Part shown: positions 22,306-32,108 of the stretch, in pieces
Position numbering within the stretch: position 1 is the first letter of the stretch
How the letters are laid out: the number at the start of each line of letters is the position of its first letter
From: an uncultured Candidatus Berkelbacteria bacterium
Lineage (GTDB): Bacteria > Patescibacteriota > UBA1384 > 2-12-FULL-50-11
Length of the DNA stretch: 64,000 nucleotides
NCBI GenBank assembly: GCA_903839975.1
Contig: CAIMEH010000013.1
Coordinates: 15,999 to 79,998, forward strand
Reading direction: 5' to 3'
Made by a program: the position numbers and the translations under genes
The notes under the pieces: generated by a model
Told to the model about the DNA's origin: nothing
The model's database searches: none
What the model saw: the letters and a program-made list of their open reading frames with translations, nothing else

Positions 22306-23589
22306 GTGACCATGTCATTAAATATAAAAAAATCCAAGCTCGACAACGGCCTGACGATCGTCAAAGTAAATCTGCCCAATTTCCACTCCATTTTAAACTT
22401 TTTGGTGGTGCGCAGCGGTTCGCGTTACGAAACGCCGGAAATAAATGGTATCGCTCATTTTTTGGAGCACATGGTTTTCAAAGGTACGAAATCTTACGCC
22501 AACACTAAAGAAATTTCCGAAGCTGTTGAGGGTGTCGGTGGTTACTTTAACGCTTGGACGGCCAACGACCACACCGCCTACTGGAATATTGTGCCGCAAG
22601 ATCAGTGGCAGCTCGGCATAAAAATGCCAAGTGAACTAGCTTTTTATCCAACATTGCCGGCACCAGATTTAGAGCGCGAACGTGGCGTTATTATTGAAGA
22701 GATTCGACGCATGAACGACGATCCATCGAGTTTAGTTCAAGATCTGATCGGTGAAATTCTGTATCCAGAAAGCACGCTTGGCTATTCAATTATCGGTACC
22801 GAAAAAAATATTCAGGAGATGTCGATCGAAGATTTTCGTGCTTATCACAAGAAGCACTATCAGCCGAACCAAGCCTATTTTATATGTGTAGGTAATTTAG
22901 AGGACAAAGACATCGATGCTGAAATTGCTAAGAATCTTGGCGAACTAAAGATGGGCGAACGCTCAGAATTTAAGCCGGTTACTACTCCAAGCAAGAAAGG
23001 CCTGGTCGTGAAAGACAAAGACACCGACCAAACGCACTTTGTGTTGGCTGTGGCTGACCCATGTTTAAAGTACAAAAGCGAAGATCTTTACGCTGCCGCT
23101 GTCCTCAATACTGTTCTCGGTGACGGCATGAGCTCCCGATTATTCCTAAATATTCGCGAGAAAAAAGGCTTGGCTTACTCGATTCACTCCGAGATGCAGT
23201 CTTTCGAAGACACTGGCTTAATTCAAATTACCGGTGGCGTGAATACCGGCAAGATTAACCTAACGCTAGAAGCCCTAGAAGAAGAATTAACTAAACTTCG
23301 TAGCGAGCTAGTTAGCGAAGTTGAACTTAAAAAAGCCAAAGCCAAGATTACTGGCAGCTACGATTTAAGCTCCGATCGCCAGCTTGATATCGCTCGTTGG
23401 TACGGTGTGGCCAGAATGCTTGGCGACGACACCACTATCGAATCGTCCAAGGAAAAGATTGAAAAAGTTACCGCTGAACAGGTAAAAGCGATCGCTGAAA
23501 AACTCTTAATCAAAGATCGTCAGTGTCTATCGGTAATCGGACCGTTCAAAGACGATAAAAAATTCAAAGAGTTCTTACAGTTAGATTAA
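22306..23589 (+). CDS. M16 family (insulinase-like) zinc peptidase
   Basis: Inverted zinc-binding HxxEH motif (HFLEHMVFKGT); 427 aa. Confidence 0.85.
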   Translation: MTMSLNIKKSKLDNGLTIVKVNLPNFHSILNFLVVRSGSRYETPEINGIAHFLEHMVFKGTKSYANTKEISEAVEGVGGYFNAWTANDHTAYWNIVPQDQWQLGIKMPSELAFYPTLPAPDLERERGVIIEEIRRMNDDPSSLVQDLIGEILYPESTLGYSIIGTEKNIQEMSIEDFRAYHKKHYQPNQAYFICVGNLEDKDIDAEIAKNLGELKMGERSEFKPVTTPSKKGLVVKDKDTDQTHFVLAVADPCLKYKSEDLYAAAVLNTVLGDGMSSRLFLNIREKKGLAYSIHSEMQSFEDTGLIQITGGVNTGKINLTLEALEEELTKLRSELVSEVELKKAKAKITGSYDLSSDRQLDIARWYGVARMLGDDTTIESSKEKIEKVTAEQVKAIAEKLLIKDRQCLSVIGPFKDDKKFKEFLQLD

Positions 23590-23610
23590 ATATTAGCTAC
23601 AATTAAAGTC

Positions 23611-24138
23611 ATGAACACAGAACATATTCAAAGAAGTTTGATACTAATAAAACCTGACGCCGTCGACCGCAGCTTAATCGGCGAAGTAATTAGCCGTTTC
23701 GAAAGAGCTGGATTAAAAATTGTTGGACTGAAACTTTTACAAGCGACTCCCGAGTTGGCCAGAACCCACTACGGCGATTTCGTTGAGCGTTACACACCAA
23801 AACTCGGTGCCGAAAAAGCCAATCAGATTATGGACGAGATGGCCGGCTTTTTATCTTCTGGCCCTATCGTTGCTATGGTTTTGGAGGGTGTTGAAGCGGT
23901 TGCAAATGTTCGTCGCTTGGTTGGCACGACCTATCCCAACGAATCACCGGCCGGAACTATTCGTGGCGACTACGCCCATGTAACTCAGGCTTATGCCAAC
24001 GTTAGCAATATCACTGTTAAGAACTTAGTTCATGCATCCGGAAATCCTGAAGAAGCAGTGGTAGAAGTTGGCATTTGGTTTAAACAGGATGAACTAGTTG
24101 AATATTCACCGCTTCACGAGAAGCACACCCGAAAGTAG
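23611..24138 (+). CDS. ndk: nucleoside diphosphate kinase
   Basis: NDK fold motifs (LILIKPDAV, GDFCIQ-like region, HASGN active-site His region). Confidence 0.85.
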   Translation: MNTEHIQRSLILIKPDAVDRSLIGEVISRFERAGLKIVGLKLLQATPELARTHYGDFVERYTPKLGAEKANQIMDEMAGFLSSGPIVAMVLEGVEAVANVRRLVGTTYPNESPAGTIRGDYAHVTQAYANVSNITVKNLVHASGNPEEAVVEVGIWFKQDELVEYSPLHEKHTRK

Positions 24139-24147
24139 AGGCAGATA

Positions 24148-25203
24148 GTGAAACTCTACTACTTGAGTTTCTTTGCTGCCGCCGTCATCTCCGCCGTTCT
24201 AACGCCGTTACTGGTTAAATTTGCCCAAAAGCGTCATATTTTCATGACCGAAGTTCGCGAGCGCGATCTTCACAAAAAGCCAACTCCAAGAGTTGGTGGT
24301 ATCGCCGTGGTGGTTTCATTTTTGGTGGTTACGGCCGCATTTATTATCTTCTCTCCAACTAGTTTGGTCTTTACTGGTGCGAAAGTTTGGGGCATCGACA
24401 AAAATTTGTTTGGCGTATTACTGTCAGTAATTTTGCTGAGCGCCTTTAACGTTGCTGATGACTTCAAGAGTTTGCCTTGGCAGATACGACTATTTATTCA
24501 AACCGTTGTGGCATTAATGATTGTGGCCTTTGGAGTGAACGTGCCGTGGCTCTCTAGTCCGTTCGGAGGCAAGATAATTTTAGGTGCCTTCAGTAGTATC
24601 TTCTCGATTCTGTGGCTGGTTGGCTTAACCAACGTTATTAACTGGCTCGATGGTGTCGATGGTTTGGCTGGTGGCGTTAGCGCTATTGCCATGGTTTTTA
24701 TTATTTTCTTATCGGTCAGTAGCAAGGTTAATAACCACGCCAATGCTTTATTGGCCACGGCCGCCCTTGGGGCAATCGCCGGATTCCTACCTTTTAATAT
24801 TGTTCGTGCCAAAGCTTTCTTAGGCGATACCGGCTCGCAGTTTGTTGGTTTTATGGTTGGGGTTTTGGCGATAATTTCTGGCGGCAAAATCGCCACCGCT
24901 TTTTTGGTACTGGCGATCCCCTTCCTTGATGCCATTGTTGTTTTGGGCTCTAGAATAATTCATCATCAGTCGCCGTTTCAGGCCGACAAACGTCATCTTC
25001 ACCACCGCTTGCTCGACATCGGTTTTAAACCTTGGCAGATCGTTGGTCTGTACTATTTTATTACCGCCTTGTTTGGCCTTATCGCCGTTAACACCGAGTC
25101 GCTCGGCAAACTTCAGGCCAGTATGTTCGCCCTGGCTTTAATGATGGTGCTGGTTCTGCTTTACTCGTATGGAGGCAAAAGAAATGTCGCAAAAAATATC
25201 TGA
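24148..25203 (+). CDS. glycosyltransferase family 4 (MraY/WecA-like) polyprenyl-phosphate sugar-1-phosphate transferase
   Basis: Multi-TM protein with NVADDFKSL (DDxxD) and NWLDGVDGLAGG motifs. Confidence 0.75.
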   Translation: MKLYYLSFFAAAVISAVLTPLLVKFAQKRHIFMTEVRERDLHKKPTPRVGGIAVVVSFLVVTAAFIIFSPTSLVFTGAKVWGIDKNLFGVLLSVILLSAFNVADDFKSLPWQIRLFIQTVVALMIVAFGVNVPWLSSPFGGKIILGAFSSIFSILWLVGLTNVINWLDGVDGLAGGVSAIAMVFIIFLSVSSKVNNHANALLATAALGAIAGFLPFNIVRAKAFLGDTGSQFVGFMVGVLAIISGGKIATAFLVLAIPFLDAIVVLGSRIIHHQSPFQADKRHLHHRLLDIGFKPWQIVGLYYFITALFGLIAVNTESLGKLQASMFALALMMVLVLLYSYGGKRNVAKNI

Positions 25204-25699
25204 AGACGAATATAATTTTCGCGGTCGTAGAGCGGACGAGCAAGTTTTGCTAGTTGCTAAGAACCATTCTTGGCTACTAATGCCGATTTTTTATGCCTGG
25301 GTACTAATAATTGCGGTTTGTGGTGTAGCTTTGTGGAAATTTGGTGCATCAAGAGTTGTTTCATATACAGTCGTTATATCGGTAGCTATAGGAATCTTAT
25401 ACACACTTTACCAGTGGTTTATCTGGGACTGCGGTACATATATCATCACTAATCAAAGAGTTATTAGGATTGAACAAATTGGACTGTTTAATCGCCAAAT
25501 TTCCGAAGCTGAGATTGACCGAATCCAGGAAATTTCCACAGAAATAAAGGGACCAATTCACACACTATTCAATTTTGGTACTGTTCATATTCAAACTGCC
25601 TCAAGTGATGCAAAAGTGGATTTTGAAGATATAGCAATTCCCTATGACATACAGCAAGAGATAGCTAGGATTCGTAAAACCTTCAACGCTAGTGTTTAG
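25184..25699 (+). CDS. membrane protein with bacterial PH (bPH_2/YdbT-like) domain
   Basis: Two TM helices followed by a PH-like domain. Confidence 0.55.
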   Translation: MSQKISEDEYNFRGRRADEQVLLVAKNHSWLLMPIFYAWVLIIAVCGVALWKFGASRVVSYTVVISVAIGILYTLYQWFIWDCGTYIITNQRVIRIEQIGLFNRQISEAEIDRIQEISTEIKGPIHTLFNFGTVHIQTASSDAKVDFEDIAIPYDIQQEIARIRKTFNASV

Positions 25700-25705
25700 T
25701 AGAGC

Positions 25706-26827
25706 TTAAGGCTTTTCGGCTTCAATAAACAATATACCGTGGTATTTTGACTCTGATGGTTTTTCGGAGTTCTTCTTGGAGATAGAAAGTATTCTGAACC
25801 CAGCTTCTGATAAATATTTTTGGGCAAAATCTTCGTCTAGATATATCGCAGGAAAGTAACTATCGCCACTTTTGTAAACAATGGCTCCCTCAAGGGCTGT
25901 CATAAGTAGAATTCCCTTGGGCTTAAGATAGGAATGTATATTATCAAGCATATTCTTGTATTCGGTAATGTCGTCAGTCGCGCTTTCGGGACAAAAGTTA
26001 GACTGTACTATATCGAAGCTATCTACTAGCTTGTCGTTGAGGTTGTTAAGGTTTAGGGGTTCGATGCTTGTAATCTTCTTTCTTAGGAGCTTGCTTCGTT
26101 CTTCAACTTCGCTTCCTCCCTTGGGCTTATCCTCTAAAGACAAGACATATCTAGTAAAGTCGTCCCATTGAAAGGCTTGGCTATTATTTTTTTGCCAATC
26201 TCTTATCTTATCTAAGTTATTTTCTGAGTAATCAGTAAAGGTTATTGATTTAACCTTATTGGCCGCCGATAGAAGTTGGTAAACCGTTGGACCGCCACCA
26301 ACTTCAAGGAGCTTGTAGCTGTCGCTTTTCATCTTGGAGTATATCTTGTTGTACCAATTTAGAATGTCTTTATTCTCTCTGCTCAATACTCGGTAATATT
26401 CTTTAAGGTATTTTTCGGGAGAGAAAGTGTCAAACGTCCTGTTTATATTCATCTGATCGTATCTAACCACAGAGCTGTAGATATTATTGTCTAGCAAGCT
26501 AAAATATTCTTTAACAAAATTTATTACCTTCTGTGAGTCGAAGTATTTACAAGAGAAAACGTCCAGGCAGAACTCACCATTCTTGGTAAAAGTATGTATT
26601 GAAATGTGAGAGAAATCGATAATCGCAAATGCAGTTACTCCGGGATTTTCAGGTATACCATCAACAACAATTGGCCCTGCTAATATTTTCATGTCAACTA
26701 AACTAGCTAGCTTTAATATCAGTGAGCTAATGGCTTTTTTGTCGGACAGCTTTTTTTCTTCGCACCCAAAGGCGTCCAAAACAATATGAAATCTTCTCGA
26801 CGTATAGCTGTCCACTCTAGCTTTCAT
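25706..26827 (-). CDS. fusion protein: class-1b S-adenosylmethionine decarboxylase (SpeH-like) N-terminal domain plus NNMT/PNMT/TEMT-family SAM-dependent methyltransferase C-terminal domain
   Basis: N-domain: HIVLDAFGC and the FSHISIHTF (ESH-like pyruvoyl site) motifs. C-domain: FSPEKYLKEYY and LLEVGGGPTVYQLLSAANKVKSITFTDYSENNL, which closely resembles the NNMT SAM-binding region. Confidence 0.7.
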   Translation of the reverse strand: MKARVDSYTSRRFHIVLDAFGCEEKKLSDKKAISSLILKLASLVDMKILAGPIVVDGIPENPGVTAFAIIDFSHISIHTFTKNGEFCLDVFSCKYFDSQKVINFVKEYFSLLDNNIYSSVVRYDQMNINRTFDTFSPEKYLKEYYRVLSRENKDILNWYNKIYSKMKSDSYKLLEVGGGPTVYQLLSAANKVKSITFTDYSENNLDKIRDWQKNNSQAFQWDDFTRYVLSLEDKPKGGSEVEERSKLLRKKITSIEPLNLNNLNDKLVDSFDIVQSNFCPESATDDITEYKNMLDNIHSYLKPKGILLMTALEGAIVYKSGDSYFPAIYLDEDFAQKYLSEAGFRILSISKKNSEKPSESKYHGILFIEAEKP

Positions 26828-26868
26828 ATTCTGACCGTAGCACTGATGGTTAAGGCTGTAAAGCCTTG

Positions 26869-29800
26869 CTAGCTAGATAGTAACGCCGCGACAGTTTCTT
26901 CTAATTCTGGCGAAGATTTTACTTTCATCTTAGTGTTTATCAATTTCGTGCTACCGTCTTGCATAACCCTTAGTTCCACCGGAACTGATCCGGGATGCTT
27001 AGAGAATAAAAGCTTTAGCTCTTCCATTTTTTCGCGGTTGGCATTACGAGGCACTTCAACCAAAAAACTCTTGCTCTTGGCTGGCTCAGGGCTCTTGCCG
27101 TTGCCGCTGCCACCGTTGCTCCCCCACTTTCCACTAGATGGCCTGGCCATAGGCCGAGTGGAATCGATATCGGGCAAGTTGGCCTTGGTCACATGATCTA
27201 GCTCCCAAACCTTATCAACTAGAATTTTTGGTACGTCGTCTTTGTCGCTGACTTTGCCCTCAACTAACAGTAGTTTGTCGCTTTGCCACAAAGCTTGCTG
27301 ATCTTTGAAGATGGTTGGGAAAACTATCGCTTCAATCATGCCGGTGGCGTCTTCCAGTTGAACGAAAGCCATCATCTGGTTGGACTTGGTGGTAATTTTC
27401 TTGACCTCAACGGTTACTCCGCCAACGCGAACGGTGGTGTTGGCTTTGTCGATTGTTACTTCGTTAATTGGCTGAGCCACTTCGCCCAGCAGTTTGGCGT
27501 ATTCCTTAATTGGATGGTCAGAAAGATACAATCCTAGAAGTTCTTTCTCCCAGGTCAAAAACATTTTTTTATCTTCTGGGCCGTGTGGCAGCGCCAACTT
27601 GGCGATAGCATCTTGAGCTTCGGCTTCACCAAAAATGTTTAGCTGGTCGGCGTTGCTATTTTTGCCGTTATTAGCGTACTTGGCGATTAGCTCTAGCCCG
27701 GCGTAAAGATTGCCACGGGTGTCAAATCGATCCAACGCGCCAGTTTTAACCAAACTCTCCAAACTCTTTTTATTAACGACGCTTCCACAACGTTGCAAAA
27801 AGTTTTCCAAGTTTATAAACGGCCCGTTTTTCTTTCGTTCGGCCACAATTCCTTTGGCCACATTCTGGCCAACATTTTTGATAGCGGACAAGCCAAAGCG
27901 AATGCTTCTATTGTCTTTTACCACCGAGAAAGCGGCAAACGATTCGTTAACGTCTGGGTTCAAAACTTTCATGCCCATACGTTCGCACTCGGTAATCTCA
28001 ATTGTTAAACGCTCAAGATTATCAAGATCGCTTGTCATTAAGGCAGCCATATAGCAATCGGGGAAGTGAGCTTTTAAGTAGGCGGTCTGAAAGGCGATCA
28101 TGGCGTAGCAAACGGCGTGGCTTTTGTTGAAGCAGTAAGCGGCAAATTCCTCGAGTTGTTTCCAGATTTCCGAGGCTTTTGTTTCGGGCACGCCATTTTT
28201 CTTGGCGCCTTCGATAAACTTCTCTTTCATCTCGGCCATCAGTTTTGGAATCTTTTTACCGATAGCTTTTCGCAAAGTATCGGCCTCGCCGCCGGTGAAA
28301 CCGCACATATCCTTACTCATCTGCATCACCTGTTCCTGATATACCGGAATACCGTAAGTTGCTTTAAGCGAATTCTCGGCCAGTGGGTGCGAGTACTCAA
28401 TCTCTTCTTTGCCGTTTTTGCGATCTATAAAGCTCTGGATCCACTGCATCGGACCTGGACGATAAAGCGCCACCATAGCGACGATATCTTCCAGCTGGCT
28501 TGGTTTAAGCTCCTTGATGTAGCGTTTCATACCGGCCGATTCTAACTGGAATACACCTGTTGTTTCACCACGACCCAAGAGTTCGTAAGTTTTTTTATCC
28601 TCGAGCGGCAGGTTGTAAATATCTATTTGTTTGCCGTAAACTGCCTCGATGATCTCGGTGGCGTTGCGCATAGTTGTTAAGTTGGACAGGCCCAAAAAGT
28701 CCATTTTTAACAGGCCAATTTTCTCGATTGGGCCCATTGAGTACTGAGTAACTTGGTGAACGTCGCCGCCCTGTGATGCTTGAACCGGCACGTACTCTTC
28801 CAAAGGTTCCTTGGAGATAACGATGGCGCAGGCGTGTTGGGAAGCGTGGCGAATCGTGCCTTCAAGTTTGCCGGCGGCATCTAAAAGCTGATGAGCTTCA
28901 GGATCTTTGTCGTAAACTTCTTTCAGTTCCGGCGACTCTGTAACAGATTTAGAAAGCGGTACATGGCGGCCCTGAACTGGTGGTGGCACTACTTTGGCGA
29001 TGGCATCAACTTGGGCGTAAGGCATGCCTAAAACTCGACCAACGTCACGGACGGCGGCTCGGGCTTGAATCGTTCCGAAAGTAATAATGCCGGCCACGTG
29101 GTCGTCGCCGTACTTCTGACGAACGTAGTCGATAACTTCACCTCGCCTGGTGTCTTCAAAGTCCAAGTCGAAGTCTGGCATCGAGATACGATCCGGGTTT
29201 AAGAAACGTTCGAAAAGTAGGCCGTATTTAATTGGGTCCACGTTGGTAATGCCGGTAACGTAAGCCATTAGCGAGCCGGCACCAGAGCCACGACCCGGAC
29301 CAACGACTATGCCTTTGCTTTTGGCGTGGCGAATAAAGTCAGCCACAATCAAAAAGTAACCTGGGAAACCCATACGCAGAACAACGCTGAGCTCGTACTC
29401 TAAGCGCTGTTTTAGCTCGGGGGTGATAGTTGAATAACGCTCTTTTAGGCCATCTTCGCACCACTTTCTAAGCATCGATTCTTCGGTCTCTTCCGCCGGC
29501 AAGGGGAAGTTTGGCAAAAGATCACCGCCGAGCGGAATCTCTAAATCAACCATATCGGCAATCTTGACGGTGTTCTCGATTGCTTCCGGCACATCGGGAA
29601 CGGCTGCGGCCATCTCCTCCGCCGTTTTCAAGGAGAAGTCGCCGGTGTAAAGCATACGGTTAGTGTCGCTCACTAAGCGGCCGGTTTGGATACAAACAAG
29701 CTGATCGTGGGTCACGTGATCGTCGGAGTTAACGTAGTGAGTATCGTTGGTTAAAATCAGCGGCAAGCCGGTTTTTTTGGCTAGTTCCTTGATGTGTTGG

Positions 29801-30369
29801 TTAACCACGTGCTGCTCGGGAATCGATGGGTGATGTTGTAATTCAAGATAGTAATTATCTTTGCCAAAAATTTCGCGGTATTCGGTAACGGTTTTTTCCA
29901 AGCCTTCAAAGTCTTTATTTAGAATTAATCTCGAAGTCTCGCTGGCCAAGCAGGCGGAAGCGCCGATTAGTCCTTCGCTGTGGCGACTCAGCAGATCGCG
30001 ATCGATACGCGGTTTGTAGTAATATCCTTCCATGTGGGCGACGGAGGTGAGCTTGATTAAATTTTTATAACCGGCGAAATTTTTAGCCAGTAAAACCATA
30101 TGATAAGGCTTGGTATCGATACCGGCCGATTTGTCGGTTAGGGCGCGTGGCGCCACGTAAGCTTCCACGCCGATTATAGGTTTAATGCCGGCTTTTTGGC
30201 AGGCTAAATAAAATTCAATGGCGCCGTGCATAACGCCGTGGTCAGTTAGGGCCAACCCTGGCATACCCAGCTCGACGGCCTTGTCGACAAGTTGGTCCAC
30301 CCTGCCCAAGCCGTCCAGGAGTGAGTAATGAGAGTGAACGTGTAAGTGAACGAAATTAGGCTTGGCCAT
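26869..30369 (-). CDS. dnaE: DNA polymerase III alpha subunit
   Basis: 1166 aa. N-terminal PHP domain (HLHVHSHYSLLDG), polIII alpha core and an OB-fold. Confidence 0.95.
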   Translation of the reverse strand: MAKPNFVHLHVHSHYSLLDGLGRVDQLVDKAVELGMPGLALTDHGVMHGAIEFYLACQKAGIKPIIGVEAYVAPRALTDKSAGIDTKPYHMVLLAKNFAGYKNLIKLTSVAHMEGYYYKPRIDRDLLSRHSEGLIGASACLASETSRLILNKDFEGLEKTVTEYREIFGKDNYYLELQHHPSIPEQHVVNQHIKELAKKTGLPLILTNDTHYVNSDDHVTHDQLVCIQTGRLVSDTNRMLYTGDFSLKTAEEMAAAVPDVPEAIENTVKIADMVDLEIPLGGDLLPNFPLPAEETEESMLRKWCEDGLKERYSTITPELKQRLEYELSVVLRMGFPGYFLIVADFIRHAKSKGIVVGPGRGSGAGSLMAYVTGITNVDPIKYGLLFERFLNPDRISMPDFDLDFEDTRRGEVIDYVRQKYGDDHVAGIITFGTIQARAAVRDVGRVLGMPYAQVDAIAKVVPPPVQGRHVPLSKSVTESPELKEVYDKDPEAHQLLDAAGKLEGTIRHASQHACAIVISKEPLEEYVPVQASQGGDVHQVTQYSMGPIEKIGLLKMDFLGLSNLTTMRNATEIIEAVYGKQIDIYNLPLEDKKTYELLGRGETTGVFQLESAGMKRYIKELKPSQLEDIVAMVALYRPGPMQWIQSFIDRKNGKEEIEYSHPLAENSLKATYGIPVYQEQVMQMSKDMCGFTGGEADTLRKAIGKKIPKLMAEMKEKFIEGAKKNGVPETKASEIWKQLEEFAAYCFNKSHAVCYAMIAFQTAYLKAHFPDCYMAALMTSDLDNLERLTIEITECERMGMKVLNPDVNESFAAFSVVKDNRSIRFGLSAIKNVGQNVAKGIVAERKKNGPFINLENFLQRCGSVVNKKSLESLVKTGALDRFDTRGNLYAGLELIAKYANNGKNSNADQLNIFGEAEAQDAIAKLALPHGPEDKKMFLTWEKELLGLYLSDHPIKEYAKLLGEVAQPINEVTIDKANTTVRVGGVTVEVKKITTKSNQMMAFVQLEDATGMIEAIVFPTIFKDQQALWQSDKLLLVEGKVSDKDDVPKILVDKVWELDHVTKANLPDIDSTRPMARPSSGKWGSNGGSGNGKSPEPAKSKSFLVEVPRNANREKMEELKLLFSKHPGSVPVELRVMQDGSTKLINTKMKVKSSPELEETVAALLSS

Positions 30370-30488
30370 ATCTAATTCTTTGTAGCAAACTTAACCCTAA
30401 ATAGCCAAGCACAAAATTACCAACCAAGGATTGAAAAACTGCCCAAGAAAAAGTATAATTTCCGTATCTTTCTACGAGGTGAAGAAAC

Positions 30489-30773
30489 ATGACTTTTCCA
30501 GAAGAATTCTGGCAGAGGTTCGAAGGAGTGGCGAAAGAAGCCATTCTGACCGATGATGAAGTGGCATTGCCTGAAACGGTCTTGGGAAGCCTTTATTTGG
30601 CGTGGGGAGCAGAAGTTGATGTATTGGACTTTTGTCTGCAGCTAGAGGATGAGTTTGGGGTCGAGATTACAGATGCAGAGATTAGTGATTTCGTGGATCG
30701 ACATGAGACGATAACACTGGGCGACATTGCTCAGATGGTCTATGAGAAGGTCTTGGCTCTTCCGGCTAAATAA
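30489..30773 (+). CDS. small acidic ACP-like protein lacking the canonical phosphopantetheinyl Ser
   Basis: GAEVDVLDFCLQLEDEFGVEITD resembles ACP helix II-III ([24 protein letters not shown]), but no DSL serine is present. Confidence 0.35.
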   Translation: MTFPEEFWQRFEGVAKEAILTDDEVALPETVLGSLYLAWGAEVDVLDFCLQLEDEFGVEITDAEISDFVDRHETITLGDIAQMVYEKVLALPAK

Positions 30774-30789
30774 TTGGTTCGGCAATCCT

Positions 30790-30825
30790 GCCTGACGGCA
30801 TACAACCGTCAGGCATTCTTTTTAT
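30790..30825 (+). terminator. rho-independent terminator
   Basis: gcctgacgg-cataca-accgtcaggc followed by attcttttt. Confidence 0.7.
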
Positions 30826-30835
30826 CCCAACTCTG

Positions 30836-30864
30836 TTGACCATTTTCCCCAGATTGGGTACAAT
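30836..30864 (+). promoter_or_regulatory. sigma70-like promoter TTGACC-17-TACAAT for rpmA
   Basis: Read directly from the sequence, 12 nt upstream of the rpmA ATG. Confidence 0.6.
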
Positions 30865-30875
30865 TGAGTTCATAA

Positions 30876-31148
30876 ATGGCAAGTACAAAAGCAAAAGGAT
30901 CTAGTAAGAACGGCCGAGACTCGCAAAGCAAACGCTTGGGCGTCAAGGTTTATGGCGGCCAAACTGTTCGTGTCGGCGGCATGATTGTCCGTCAGCGCGG
31001 CAGCAAGTTCTACACCGGTACCAACGTAATGAAGGCCGGTGACGACTCAATTTTTGCCACGAAAGATGGCGTTGTTGAATTTGGCACCAAAAAAGTCAAA
31101 AATTTTGCCGGTAAATCTGTGACCAAAACTTTTGTCAGCGTTAAGTAA
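30876..31148 (+). CDS. rpmA: 50S ribosomal protein L27
   Basis: N-terminus [24 protein letters not shown]; 90 aa. Confidence 0.9.
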   Translation: MASTKAKGSSKNGRDSQSKRLGVKVYGGQTVRVGGMIVRQRGSKFYTGTNVMKAGDDSIFATKDGVVEFGTKKVKNFAGKSVTKTFVSVK

Positions 31149-31160
31149 CAACAATACAAA

Positions 31161-31733
31161 ATGGACTCACATCAAATCATCCGCGACCTTAATAGCAGCA
31201 GTCTTAAAAAGACGGTTGCCGATATTCGCGTAGGTGAAACCGTTAAGGTCCACTACAAGATTCGTGAAGGCGCCAAAGAACGTATCCAGATTTTCGAAGG
31301 CCTAGTTGTTGCTACCAAAAATGGCAAGGCTTTACAGGGCAGTTTTACCGTTCGCAAAGTTGTTAGCGGAATCGGCGTCGAAAGAATTTTCCCATTGCAC
31401 TCCCCATGGATTGTTAAAATTGAGACCACTAAATCCGGTAAAGTTCGCCGTGCCAAATTAAATTTTGTTCGCAAGTACGCCACCTCTTCTAAGTTCAAAC
31501 TTAAAGACAAAGGCAAGGCTGGTTCTATTTGGGAAACTGTGGCCGAAGAACAAGAAAAAGTAGCTGAAGCTGCCGAAGAACAAGAAAGCGCTGAAGTTGC
31601 ACCGGAAGTAATCGAAGAAACTCCAGAAGTTGCAGAAGTAACCGAAACCGCCGAGAATACAGACAATGACAAAGGCGAGCAAGGAGCTGGGGAACAGGTC
31701 GGAGAATCTAGCAGCGAAGCTGTTACAGAATAA
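31161..31733 (+). CDS. rplS: 50S ribosomal protein L19 with ~70-aa acidic C-terminal extension
   Basis: L19 core ([16 protein letters not shown]...[11 protein letters not shown]). The extension is E/A-rich. Confidence 0.85.
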   Translation: MDSHQIIRDLNSSSLKKTVADIRVGETVKVHYKIREGAKERIQIFEGLVVATKNGKALQGSFTVRKVVSGIGVERIFPLHSPWIVKIETTKSGKVRRAKLNFVRKYATSSKFKLKDKGKAGSIWETVAEEQEKVAEAAEEQESAEVAPEVIEETPEVAEVTETAENTDNDKGEQGAGEQVGESSSEAVTE

Positions 31734-32028
31734 GGGTTACAAGATTGTCGCGCAGAACCTGCGCACTAAGTACGGAGAGATCGATATCCTTGCCGAAGAT
31801 GGCAAGGCTTTAGTTGTTGTCGAGGTTAAGGCCAAAACTTCCGAAAGATTTGGCTCGGCTCTGGAGATGGTCACGCCAACCAAGCAGCGCAAACTGATTC
31901 TGCTAACTGCTGAACTTCAGGCCAAACATAAAGTTGAGAATGTCCGTATTGATGTTGTTGCCGTCGACAATGCTTCTTCTGAGCCAGTCCTAAAACACTA
32001 CAAAGGCATCGTCGAATTCCACGGCTAA
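31666..32028 (+). CDS. YraN/UPF0102 family endonuclease-like protein
   Basis: [36 protein letters not shown] matches the YraN signature. It overlaps the rplS 3' end by 68 nt in another frame. Confidence 0.7.
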   Translation: MTKASKELGNRSENLAAKLLQNKGYKIVAQNLRTKYGEIDILAEDGKALVVVEVKAKTSERFGSALEMVTPTKQRKLILLTAELQAKHKVENVRIDVVAVDNASSEPVLKHYKGIVEFHG

Positions 32029-32085
32029 AAAGTCACTATATGTAGCTATTTTATATTAACGTTATTATTAATATTCTCAGACACA

Positions 32086-32106
32086 AATATGACCGATAGG
32101 TCATAT
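32086..32106. repeat. palindrome copy 1: aatatgacc-gat-aggtcatatt, abutting the stop of the HTH gene
   Basis: Perfect 9-bp arms with a 3-bp spacer. Confidence 0.8.
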
Positions 32107-32108
32107 TG

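Noticed and set aside
27283-28545. Several 70-140-aa plus-strand ORFs inside dnaE
   Set aside because: They are antisense to a well-supported 1166-aa dnaE and have no motifs.
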